NCBI RefSeq assembly: GCF_036971445.1
Contig: NC_091478.1
Coordinates: 101,556,001-101,620,000, forward strand
Length of the DNA: 64,000 nucleotides
Source of the DNA: Narcine bancroftii
Taxonomy: Eukaryota
Direction of reading: 5' to 3'
Shown: one piece after another, positions 26,526 to 38,506 of the stretch
Position numbering within the stretch: position 1 is the stretch's first letter
Layout: each line of letters starts with the position of its first letter
The notes under the pieces: generated by a model
The model's database searches: none
What the model was told of the DNA's origin: nothing
What the model saw: only the letters and a program-made list of their open reading frames with translations
Made by a program: the position numbers and the translations under genes

Positions 26526-27214
26526 TAGGAAAGTTTAGGGGATACGCTGGATGTTCCTCTCCCGAGGCCCTCTTCAGAATATTTGCTGATTCTGCCCACA
26601 CTTCTCCCCCTTGATTTTTCACACAGCTATGTTGGTTTACTCACTATGCTTCCAGATTCTGCTGGTGTCAAACATAGAACCTGACTGATTTCTCATCCGG
26701 TCTGGCTCAGCTTCAGTGGCTGAAAAGCAGAAAATCTCACAAATATGCTACACTAATCAGGCAGTATCAGCGGAGGAAATGGCTGCAGGTTAAACAAATT
26801 TCCAGACTTGTGGAAAGTGGGAAGGGAGAAAAGAACACAGGGATATGCCTTGAAGGGTGTGGAGGAGAGAAGAGATTGAATGTCAATAGTACAAATCAAG
26901 AGAGGATTATTTTCAGAAATATACTAAGTGTTGCCATAATTCCATTTTTCTTCACGTAATGATGCCAAACCACGCTAAATTTTAAAAATAAAATACATTA
27001 ATGTTGTAGAGAAACTTAGAAAGTGCCATATGCTGGAATCTTGAGCAAGAAATTAGTTGCTGGAGAAAACATTTCAACCCAGTCTCAATAAAGGGTACGG
27101 ACACAAAACATTGGCTGATAATTTTGACTCATGGATGTTACTTGATACATTATGTTCCTCCCAGCAGCTTATTGTTTGCACCAGGTAACATTGATGAAAG
27201 AGGATGCACAATTA

Positions 27215-27388
27215 CACTCATGAGACTAATTAATCTACAGCTTTGGAACATGGAAGGAAATTGGATCATCCCAAGGAAACACACAGTCCCAGGGAGAACG
27301 TACAAACTCCTCGCAAACAACGGTAGATTCGAACCTGGATCATGCACTGTAATAGCTTACGCTAACCCCTACACTGACTATGCTACCC
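27215..27388 (-). mobile_element. HE1/V-SINE-like SINE
   Basis: ggttcgaatct B-box; gaggagtttgtacgttctccctggg core. Confidence 0.7.
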
Positions 27389-27596
27389 AAATATTTTGGA
27401 TCCTATTTAAAAGTGAGCCTCGTCATTGGAATCTGTTTAAAAGAAGCATCGGTTATTAACATCCCTTTTATAGAGAGAGTCTCCATACTATTAACTCCTT
27501 TAAAGTGGAAATCTGATGAGTAGCACAAACCATCTAAAAGGAGCTCAATAGAGAGTGTTCTGGCTGACTGCCTCAGTGTGGTATAGTTGTGTAGAG

Positions 27597-27880
27597 CAGG
27601 GGTGGCCAAACATTTTTGGATGTGGGCCACATACAGAAAAATATGAGTCGCGGGCCAAACGAGATTGTGCTGGCAGTTTTCAACCACCACCGGCTCATTT
27701 AAACAGGCCATTTAAGGCCTGTACAGAGCCAATGGAAGTTGCACTGCCAGTTGGACCCTGTGGGGAAAGCACTGAGACTTCGCTCCCTGCTGGTCAGCCA
27801 TTTTTTTCCTTCACTCGCAGGCTACTTAAAAGTGGACAATGGGCCACATTTGGCCTGGGGCCATAGTTTGGCCATCCCTG
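27597..27880. mobile_element. hAT (Charlie/MER5-like) MITE
   Basis: TIR CAGGG(G/A)TGGCCAAAC; 8-bp TSD gtgtagag / ctgtaggg (6 of 8 match). Confidence 0.85.
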
Positions 27881-28205
27881 CTGTAGGGCATCAGATTGGA
27901 GGTCAATCCGCAGGACTATAAAAGCAGCAGAGAAGATCACTGGGGTCTCCTTCTTGCCCCCCCCCCCATCAATATGATTTACTCTGAACACCATTTAAAG
28001 AGGGCTTGAAAAATCGGTCACCTTGTACACACCATCTTCCAGCTACTCCTGTCGGGAAAGTGATACAAAAATATTAGTGCCAGAATGACCAGGCTGAGGA
28101 ACAGCTTCTTCCCAAGGGCAGTGAAACTGTGTACATGTGTTGAACTCGTAAAACAACTCCCCATGACTCATCTACTTAATAATATTTATTTTAATATACA
28201 CATTG

Positions 28206-28585
28206 TCAGAATCAGAATGTCATCAACAAGTCATGAAATTCATTGTTTTGCTGCAGCATTAGAGGGTAAACATTCATATTATAACCGTCTTACAACATTA
28301 CTATAAATAAAATAATAGAGCATGAAAAGTAAGGCAGTATTTGGTTCATTGATTATTCAGGAATCTGATGACAGGAGGGAAGAAACTGTCTTTGTGCTGT
28401 TGAGCGCTCGTCTTTAGGCTCCTGTACCTTTTTCCCGATGGTAGCAGAGTGAAGAGAGCATGGCCTGGGCGGTGGGGGTTTTTGAGGATAGAGGCTGTTT
28501 TTTTTTAAGACATCGCCTCGTGTAGATGTCCTCGATGGAGTGAAGTCTTGGTGCCTGTGATCTTGCAGGCCGAGTTAACAAACTG
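28206..28585 (-). mobile_element. Rex1/Babar-like LINE 3' fragment (second subfamily), nested
   Basis: LHSIEDIYTRRCLKK; ctaccatcgggaaaaaggtacaggagcc; (tcagaa) tail. Confidence 0.75.
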
Positions 28586-29824
28586 TGTATAAATATCATT
28601 TGTCCATACATGTGTGGTACCCTGTATGTGTGTTTGCACTGTGGACCCGAGAAAACTATTTTGTCGGTTTGTTCTGATACCATCTGACAAATAAAACATG
28701 AACTATCTCATGATAATTGCAGCCATATTGTGCAGATTATATATCTATTTTTTTCTTGCTTCTATATAACATTTCCTTCAGTTGGAGTCCAGGAGACATT
28801 GATGAGCATTAATCATCTCCCAGACAAAGAGGGACCATATTTGTAATAAGTCGTTCATGAAAGAATGATCTCAACTTGTTTTAAGTGATGCACTTATTTA
28901 ATGTTGTTGTATTGGCTCAGGTTTCCAAGTCAAATCTCAGCAGTTAACTAAAACAAAATTTAGCATGAAATGGACAGAAATTGTTCACAGTTTTTACATG
29001 CTTTGTAATTCAATTCTAATTGTTAGGAGTATAAAAAAGTAACCAAAAGTACTGCCATGACTTCCAACAAACTTAGCAAACAATAGCGCTTGGAGATGGC
29101 TCAATGTTAGCAGTAGTTTTTGGTTTTTTTTTCTTTTCAAAATATGATCAAGATACCAGCAGAAGCTAACTCTGAATTCCGGGCTAGTGATCTGTACTGG
29201 GCAAGACTAAAACACAAAACAGAAGCAGATTAGGCCATTCAGCCTTCACACTATTTCTGCCATTCAGGAGGATTATGGATTATCCTGTGCCTCTGGTCAA
29301 CTTTAGTTTGAAACCAGTATATCCCACACAATGGTTTTGCAGAGAGTTGCAACAGACCGTTCTCCAATCCACACAACCACCACATTCCAAAAGGTAGGTG
29401 AACCTTCCTTCTCAGATACTGATTTATGGACAAACTCATTTCATTTATAACAATGCAAAGGTCATCCACACAGCAATGAGTCCAAAGAGGGATCCCATCC
29501 ATCCCATTCCCCTTTATTTCCCTGTACACTAGGGCAACTCGTTCTCTCTTGTGTGCACCCATCACCTCACCTTTGATTCACTTTTACCATTAGTCTCCTC
29601 TAATGTGTGACTTACACAAGGCAATTAGCCTCCCACCACAAATTTTGAATGTGGGGTAAGTGAGTCTACCTGGGGAAAAACTCAGCCAAGAGAACATGCA
29701 AACTCCACATGGTTTCAAGGTCAGGTTCTAATCCGGGTCCCTGGGATTTTAGACAGCATATCTTAACTATGTTCCCTCAGAGGCTTGAATCCACTGATTT
29801 TTTGACTTCGGGTATGAGAGAATA

Positions 29825-30200
29825 AAACATTGCATTTACATCACGCCTTTCATGAACCTCAGACTTCTCAAAGCATATGCACACTATTAATGTAAGGAAT
29901 ATGACATGCAATTAATGATTTCCAAACTTCAACTAAATGACAGATAATCCACATTTAGTGATGTCAGTTGAAAGGAAAAATACCCCTCTTCCTCAAATTA
30001 ATGTCTCAAGTAATTTTGTGAGAGAGAGATCCTGCGGTACATTGGCTCAACAACAATTCTTCCAAAGGCGAGCATCTATTGAAAAGGCAGGACTTGTCCA
30101 GCATCAGGGACATTCAGCCTGGATCTTTTTTTGTGTTCATGTCTCGGGATTGACCCCTGATCACATTACTTCCCAGCCTGGAGAAAAGGAGTGCTTCCCA
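29825..30200 (-). mobile_element. DeuSINE/SacSINE1-like ancient SINE
   Basis: ttgcatttacatcacgccttt..acctcagacttctcaaagc 3' end; cagataatccacatttagtgatgtcagttga. Confidence 0.5.
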
Positions 30201-32379
30201 CTGAGAAAAAAGATGGCAGAACAAGCACCACTTCCAAATATCCAACATCATGCAAAGTTTTATTTAACAATAGTAATTTGTCACCAGCAGGATTGCACAG
30301 CATACACAATGAAAGCAGCTGGAGTGATGCACAACAAACCCTTTGTTAACAGACCAGCGGAAAAGTGATGGGCATTTTAAGTAGATTCACTGCCAAAAAT
30401 ATCGTATGAGCTTGTAAAGAATTAGACATTGCTATAATGAAAGAAGGAGTACAGAAGGAAATTAAGGGTATTTTTTTTTTTTTTTCGCCTTTCTCTAAGC
30501 AGCTTGCAATCTCCTGAAGCAGAAACCAGCAATATGGTTCAGTGGCTTTTTTTATCAGATTCCGGAATGCTAAAGGACAGAATTAAAGCATCGAGTGAAG
30601 TTTAACTTAAAGACTCCCAGGTGGCATGATATGAGGCATTGTTCTTTTCCTGTCAGGTCCCTGGGATGAAAAGCTACACTACATCAACACTGCTGCTGTT
30701 GTTGCCCTGATGAAAGTAGGGACGGATTTTGCTTTGCTCCAACACAGTGCCTGCCACAGGGAGGATCTGTGCAAGAAGTCTAACCATGACATGATGTATT
30801 TAACCATATCAGAAGGCATATGCATTGACAAATAGAACCCCACTACCATCCCCCTTCCAAGCAAACCTGTTACCTCCAGGGTAGGATTAACCTAGGTGGC
30901 AGGAAGTCAATTAACTCAACGTCAAATCCTTCATCGATTATTTGAGTGAACTAAGAGCATCACCTCCTCTGGAGTCCTGTAGGTGACTTTGTGCTTCACA
31001 GAAATGCACACAACTTAAACTTCCACAGAACTAAACAGGAAGTCAGTGGAGATAATTTCCTGACTAGTTTGAAGCGGGATTGTCAGAAAGGTACGATTGT
31101 TCAGCTACTCAATGGACGTGGACTCCTCCCATGTTGCTCCATGACCATTATCAAACTGCAGAGAGGCATCGAGTTCAGTTTCAGATCCAACTTGTCAAGA
31201 TTTTTAAAAAATTCCTGTGGGGATCAGTCAAAAAAAAAACATTTAATGCTCATCTCCAATTACCCCTGAACCAAGTGATAGGCAGTTACAATCCAACCAC
31301 AATTCTGTGGAACCTGTCACCCAAAGGCCAGACTGAATTTTCTTTCCTTTATGATATTGCAGCAGTATTATGATCACCATTACCAACACTTCCCTCTTAA
31401 TTTGAGATATGTTAGCTCATTTAAATAAATTCCATAGCAACCATGTTGGGATTTGAACTCGTGATTAAGATCATCTCTTAACTCTGAGGATTATTTGTCT
31501 GGAAATATAGCCACTTTGTTACTGTACTCTAGCATGGCAATGTGCATGAAATTTGGCACCAAGCATCCTGTTCTTTAATCTTGGTTGGCTGTGTGAAGGG
31601 TAACAAACTCCCATTTATCACAGGCGTCAATGTTTTCCTTAAAAAGAGAAGTGACCTCAGGCCGCTGCAAAACCCTCACAGAGTTCCTTGATGACACTCT
31701 CAAGTTAGCAAGAAGTTGCCACAGTCACATTAATATCCTGTCTTTCATTCACACAGGATGTTCCAAACCATGTTAGCACTTGTGTGACCACTCCTGCACA
31801 GTGCACCAGCTGATTCACACACAGCAAGAATCACAATGATACAGTAATGAGCACATAATCTTTCTTTTTAAATGATGCCGGTCAAGGAATGATCATTGGA
31901 TAGGGTGCAGGGGCAAACTAGCTTATTCTTCAGATCCTCCGATGGGGATCCTCCACATGTATTGCAGAGGGTTGACACAAGCTTAGTTTAACAGTTCATT
32001 GGAAAACCAGCCCCGCTCAGGCTGTGTCACTCTCTGTTAATCTGGGTTGTATCAAAACTTTCCGGGAAGAGGACTGTACATTTATTATGATGCCAGATCT
32101 TATTAACAACTCTCATACTCCTTCCAATAAATCTGCAAGTTTATATGTCCTTCCCATGTATATGAGGGGTTTCCTTCCCCCCCCCCCCAAGAAAAATAGA
32201 TGGGTGTTTGTAGGTTAATTAGTGCGTGTGGGTGGCGTGGAGTCATGGCCTGAAAGACCTGGAATAGTGCTGGATCCCCAAATTAAAAATTAATATTTAT
32301 AGTGGCTGTGACATCAGATGAAACTGCAGCTGTCCCCAACTGACAAACACCATCCTTGAGTAGTCTAAACCCTAAAGAT

Positions 32380-33420
32380 CACCAGAAACTCAACTTCACC
32401 AGCCACACCGTGGATCCAATAGCAAGTCAGAGGCTAGGTGTCGGAAGCTCCTCCACTTGCCTGGAAGAGCCTTTCCTGTTAAGAATGACTTTGCCCCCTT
32501 CAATTCTTTGGGTTCTGGGGTGGCTGATGAGGCCAATGTGGAACCTAGAAACTCTGGAGGGGAAAGGGGTACTTCAAGGGGCAGCCAAGAAAGTGCTGCA
32601 TTCTTTCCATTATTCATTCTGGGGTCCTGTGTGCTCTTGGTGAATGGCCAACACTTCTAATGCCATCTTGAATAGTCCTTCCCCATTTTGAGTGGATTTC
32701 CACAAGTCCCTGAAAATCTAATACTATTTTCAGGATGCTTCAAGGACATCCTTATATTATTTTCTCTATTCACCTGGTCACGTCTGTTCGTGACAGAACT
32801 CAGCATAAAGTGTCAGTTTTGCAAGTATGGTGTTAGGCATGCAAAGTCATTTGAGAGCTGCATTACCCTTGGAGACAATAGACAGTTAAGATTATGTCCA
32901 CTGTGCCTCTCAGTGTACTGAATCCACAGCATGAATTGAAGAACAACTGTTCAGCTACTAGAAGAGGGCAGTCGGCAACAACCATGGTATTGATAGCATT
33001 CAGCAGGGAGACTCTTCTTTGGACATCACAGTCAGATTGCTGTCCCTTCTTGGAAGTACAACACTGAGGTCCACTTGAAAATATCTGTTGTCAAAATGTG
33101 GAGGATTAATTTGTGTTGTCACTGAAGTTTCTTTCCTCCAACTTTCAGAACTTCGGCAGAGATAGTGTCAGCTGTCACTGTCTTGTGGTTTCTCAGTTGG
33201 AACTGGGCTTCTTTGAATTGTTGTGAAACTGCACCAGGGTGCTTCCTGCGGCAGAGAATGAAGGGCTATCTTGCCAAGGACCGAGCAACGATTGAGGGAT
33301 CCTTTGAAGTATTCATCCTAGTGCATGCTGAGTGCCTCTTTTTCCTGGATAGGTTTGCCTTTATTCTTGGCTCTCTGAGACATGGACCAATCCTCCTCCA
33401 TCCCACTTCTCCCCTCCTGT
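32380..33420 (-). mobile_element. Old, diverged RTE-clade LINE remnant
   Basis: cacattggcctcatcagccac (HIGLISH) C-terminal motif; many stops. Confidence 0.5.
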
Positions 33421-33799
33421 TGCCATGTAATCCCAGAGAGGAGCAAAAGAAAGAAAATAAAAACAAAACTAATGAAATGTCAACTCAAATAAAGAGTGAG
33501 GGGCCCAGCGGACCAAACTATTTCTCCCTCTCACACGGTGGCAGACTTTAGCTAAGGCTAAGAACTGGATTATCTGTGTCCACCTCTGCTTCAGAATGTT
33601 GCGAATTAATTGTGGGAGGCTTTGATAATTAAGAAAAACAGCCAAACTGAGAAGGGAAACACAATTAAAAGCCAGAGGTAATATTACTCAATTTTTACTG
33701 TAAATTTCAACCAGTCATATGAATTATCACAAGATAATGCCAGAAACTTCTTATTTATTTATTTTTCTGGTGCACGGACCACATCCTTTTGTGATCAAT

Positions 33800-33920
33800 T
33801 CTTCTCTGGCTTGGCTTCGCGGACGAAGATTTATGGAGGGGGTAAAAAGTCCACGTCAGCTGCAGGCTCGTTTGTGGCTGACAAGTCCGATGCGGGACAG
33901 GCAGACACGGTTGCAGCGGT
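33800..33920 (-). mobile_element. RTE/BovB-like LINE, 3' terminal ~120 bp
   Basis: Near-identical to 42927-43045 in reverse orientation. Confidence 0.9.
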
Positions 33921-35221
33921 GCTATACAAATGGAAATTATTTTCACCATCTTGACCTCAAGTTTACTGTCGCACAACTGTTTCTTAAACACAAATTAAAA
34001 TTCAAACCTAGAGCTTGCATCACTTTTCAAGTCCAAATTTATTGTCTAATACATATATGTAGATATTAATAGGTATACACACACACACATTAGTTCCGTT
34101 TTTTTGTATCAAAATAAGTGCTGTGAACTTAGAGTTAAAATGCTCTGGATCATGTTAATGGCTAGCTCACGATTCCTGAAAGAGTCACCAAAAGTGAGTG
34201 TTTGTTAAGAGTCCGCTGGATTAAAGCACCAGTACAGTACAGCACGTGTCCTGAATGTACTGAAACTTCAGGAGTAACCCTGGACTCGATACTAATTCCA
34301 AATGTCGGTGGGGGAGGGGGTTTCCATGAGATACTGAGTTGAAAAGGCTGGACTCAATGACTACGGAAGTCAAAAGAGATCACAGATACTGGAAGCTAGA
34401 ATAAAAACAAAATGTTGGATGAACCCAGACAGTCAAGTTGCAACTATGGAGGCAAAAGCCAATATTTCTGGTCAAGATCTAGGAGAGGACAGAGAAGGAA
34501 GAGGACAAATCACCACTATATTTCAGAACACTAATGGGGGTGGAGGGTAGTAATATATGGTAACCTATGACCATGTCCTCCTTTGGAATGGCCACCCTAG
34601 GTGGGATAGAGACTAGTCGATGGACAGAATTATAGCACGTTCCAAATTATTCCATAATGGTAAATTGCCCACTAGAATCACAGTTCAATTTCACCAACTA
34701 CTTCCTGGCCCATTTCAGAAAGCAGTTAAAAATCAACCACATTGTTGTAGATCCAAAATGACATGTAGATCAGAATGGGTGAGGAAAGAAGAGAGTGAAC
34801 GAGATTTTTTTTTTTTTTTTAAAAAGAAAAATCCATGATCTCATCCACACCACCAATCCCATTGGATTTTTACTCCAATGTATTTAACGATATTAAGTTA
34901 AATTTCCCACGTACCTGTGTAGGAATTGAATACTTGACTCCAAATCATTAACCCAGGCTTCTGAGAAACATATGCAGCAGAATGACGACTCTATCCCAAA
35001 GCTTCGTCCTCTTTCCAGTTCTATTTAGAAGGAATGATGGCTCCTTCCCAGAGAAGTCATAAATGAACGATCAGGAAAACCACCAAAATGAACCAAATGG
35101 TCCTTGATTGTTAATACTCCCTATAGTCCTTTTCCCAATATTTCTCATTTAATCCTGTCAATTGAACCTACTTTCTCCTTAAAATGTTTTACATTGAGTG
35201 ATGAGAATTCTTTGCAAAACA

Positions 35222-35470
35222 GGGCAGCACAGTCAGCGTAGCAGTTAATGCAATGCTTTTACAGCACCAGTCACCAGCGATTGAATCCGACACTGTGTGT
35301 AAGGATTTTGTGCATTCTCCCTGTGACCACATGGGTTTCCTCCAGTTTCTTCCCACCCTTCAAAGACAGAGAAGGTTGGTCAGTTAATTGGTGTATTTTG
35401 GCAGCAGAAACATGTGGGCCGGAAGGGGCTGTTACTGTGTTTTTTATTTATAAAAAAAAATTAAATTAAT
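35222..35470 (+). mobile_element. HE1/V-SINE-like SINE
   Basis: gggcagcacagtcagcgtagcagttaatgc A-box head, ttgaatcc B-box, gggccggaaggggctgttactgtg tail. Confidence 0.8.
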
Positions 35471-35511
35471 AGTTTCTCTGATTGCAATTGATGGCATTTG
35501 GAATCCAGATG

Positions 35512-35695
35512 AGGATACACAAGAGACTGCAGATGCTGGAATATGGGGCAAAACACATTGGATGGAGGAACTCAGAGGGTTCAATGTATTGACCATCTTC
35601 CCACTACATTCTCAGTTCTGATGAAGGGTCTCAGTCCAAAACATTCTTGATGTTTTTCCCTCCACAGATGTTGCCTGCAGTTCATTTTTTTTGTA
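35512..35695. mobile_element. Palindromic Penelope-terminal-repeat unit with hammerhead-like core
   Basis: ctgcagatgctggaat..ggaggaactcag then CTGATGA(35618)-agggtctcagtcc-AAAAcat..atgttt..cagatgttgcctg. Confidence 0.65.
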
Positions 35696-35729
35696 CATCT
35701 GGTAAACTTGATTCAAATCCACTTCCAGA

Positions 35730-36125
35730 GGTAAACAAGAAAGTTTGCAGATGCTGGGGTCTAATGCAGAACCCAAAAGTACAGGAGAAACTCTGCAGGT
35801 GACACATCATCAATGGAAAGTAAAAGGCACTTGACGTCTCAGGCATATTGAAAATCAGACAGGTGCGGAAGAGATAGAAGCTGAGAAGTGATGGGGAAGG
35901 GAAGAGAGCTAAGAAAGGTCTCTGAAAGGAGAAAGCAGGGAAGGAGTGGGTAGCTGGAGAAAAGGAGACAGGAAGGCAAGAGAGGCAAGGGATTGAAGTC
36001 TATATTGGTGCCATTTGGTTAGACTGCCATGTCAGGATACAAGGTGTTGTTCTACCAATTTGCAGGTGGCCTCAAAGTATACGAGGCCATGGACAGACAC
36101 ATAAGTGTGGAAATGAGATGTGGAA
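35730..36125 (-). mobile_element. Penelope-like 3' end
   Basis: tgcagatgctgggg terminus, purine-rich spacer, aggtgttgttctaccaatttgc..gaggccatggacagacac as in other copies. Confidence 0.65.
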
Positions 36126-38289
36126 GTGTCAAATTCACCCTTAACGGCTTAAGGAACTCTCCTCTCTGATATTAGTTAAGGATCTTAACTGCTAAGTACT
36201 CAAGACTCGGTTCCCGATGGAATGACGTGCAAGATCTGCAGTTCTCCTCGAAGCTCATTGTTAATGCAGAATCAAAGAATTGCAAAGCACAGGGTGGGGT
36301 GGTTCTTCCTATCACACAAATGTTCACCCTTTGAAAGGAAGATCCATTTAGTTCCCCTTGCTCTTTCCCTGCAGTTGTTTTCTGTTCAATATAATAACTG
36401 TTCTCCTTTGAATGTTTCTGCCGCCACAATCCTTTCAGGGAATAAATTCCAGATAACAACTTGCCAGATAAAAGGATTCCCCGCACCTCCCCTCCATTTT
36501 TATTGCCATTTACCTACACCATAAGTCAATAACACTCACCATGTTCTCCACAAGAGGGGTGTCTGGGGCAGGGGGTGGGGAGGTAGTTAAACTCCTTCTA
36601 CTAAAACAGAATCTTGGTTAGGCTTTAGATGGATTGTGACATGGAACACCAGAAGTGACGTGCAGAGCGCTTTATCTGCCTTTCATATCCTAACAAGTAA
36701 TGCTATGGCCTTTGTGTTTTCAACTCTTGAGACTTAAGAAGAGAAATCTCAGATGACTTTCCATATCTTATGTTTCCATATTTCTGTCTTATATGGGAGG
36801 TCAATTGGATTCTGCCATTAATCTCATTCCTCTCGTCTTTTCTCTCCACATTCCCATCAACAAACATCCTCCAGATTCTACAACTCATATATGCACTTAT
36901 AGTGACTTGCAGTCCACGAATTAACCATGCTAGTCTACATTTTTTTTTCATGGTCTTTCCCTTGAATGCATCAAATTTGCTTGCCTCAGAGGCACCCCTG
37001 GTCCATCATCCCAGCTGAGGAAGCAGGAGCGAGAGGAAAGCCAAGTGCCCCGGAGTTACACCAGGGCAGAATCACAGAGTGAATGAGCAAACTCTACACA
37101 GAGAGCATAACCCACCCCCAAACCCTGCCAAAATCAGAACTGAGTAGAGGTAACTGGACGTGGTGAAACAGCAGCTCTACTGACATCACAGGCACATCAG
37201 AAAAAAAGCACTGTACTTTTGGAAGGCACTTCACCTGAATAAGATTTAAACCCTGTCTAGGGAAAGTGCATTCTGGTTTAGTGCTGAAAGGAAGATCTAC
37301 TGAGCTTGATATATATAAAAAAAACTGCATCATTCGCACATCACAGGAGGAGACATTTGACCCATATCATACTTCATTGATCCCACTCTCATTGTCTTTT
37401 CCCTACAGACCTCCTCTTTTTATTTTCAAGTAGTTATCCAATTCTATTTTACAGTCAAGTCTGCTCACTTCCATTGACCATCAACTCTAAATCATACCAT
37501 TCAAGTGAAACAAATTTGCCTCGTCTTGCTTGATTATAGAGCAATATCTGTGTTCACTGGCCTTACTGCTGCAGAACTCCACAAAGTTCCTGCATACCCC
37601 TCTATTCAGCATCTTCTTAACCAGCTCAACTGCAGAGAGAACATCTTCAACTTCTCCAATTTCACCAGGTCAATGAAGTTTTTTTTTTAGCTTTGGCATT
37701 ATCCACTCAGTCTCTTCTGCATTCTCTCCAAAGCACTGGCCTCTTTCCTAAAATGTGATGCACAGTGTTCAACACAACAGCAATTTAGGTAAATGCTAGT
37801 AATTGGATACATTTTAAGGACACAATTCCAGATCACGTGGTCAAGAAAGCAATTTTAGTAATGGTGCACTGTTAGTGAAAAGGCAATAAATGCATATATT
37901 GCTAGAAATTTGAAATAAAAACAGAATTCTGTTCAAGCACAAGCTGCCAGTATTTAAAAAAGACATTTTCTGTACTGACAGAGTCCTAATTAAATTGTAA
38001 GTTTTGTTTTCTGTTTAAGATGCTGACTGAATGTGGTTTCAAACAAGTCTAATTGTTTTTAAGGCAATAATGAATTAAATGTAGGTCTTATTTCTCATTT
38101 TACAACTTTTAAAATCTCTATCATCTGCCTTCTTTCCTGGGAATTGTGAACATCTCACTGTCCCATCTCGTCTCTCAGCCTCATTCCATATTGGATAGGT
38201 TGAATAAATTGCAAGTTGCTGAGTTGACAACTAACCAGGATTTCAATTGGGGTTTGGGTGGGGGGGGGGGGGGGGTGACACATCATTCA

Positions 38290-38465
38290 ACTTCTGACCT
38301 GTTAGCATGTGCTCCTCCCACACCCCCCCCCCCGACCTTTCCTCCCTTCTCCCCTCCCTTCTCTTTTTATTCAGGCACCCGCCTGCCTTTTGTTCATACT
38401 CTGATGAAGGGCTGAGGAAATATTACTTACCTTTATTTTCTATGCATGATGTTTCTTCAGCACAT
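38290..38465 (+). mobile_element. Penelope-like terminal repeat with hammerhead core boxes
   Basis: tttattcaggcacccgcctgcc..CTGATGA(38401)agggctgagGAAA(38417). Confidence 0.6.
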
Positions 38466-38506
38466 TTGTATATTATATATACACACAGCACCCCCATTAA
38501 CATTGT

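Larger units (their letters stand above)
27530..28705 (+). mobile_element. Rex1/Babar-like LINE 3' part hosting two nested insertions
   Basis: RSSIESVLA..[MITE]..DWRSIRRTIKAAEKITG..TRLRNSFFPRAVKL; 3' UTR resumes ~28585 and ends ctgacaaataaaacatgaact. Confidence 0.75.

Noticed and set aside
26168-26622. His/Thr-rich overlapping ORFs
   Set aside because: Translation of decayed TG-rich low-complexity sequence.
35222-35292. tRNA-like A/B boxes as tRNA genes
   Set aside because: They are SINE heads followed by the SINE core and a CR1-like tail; no complete cloverleaf.
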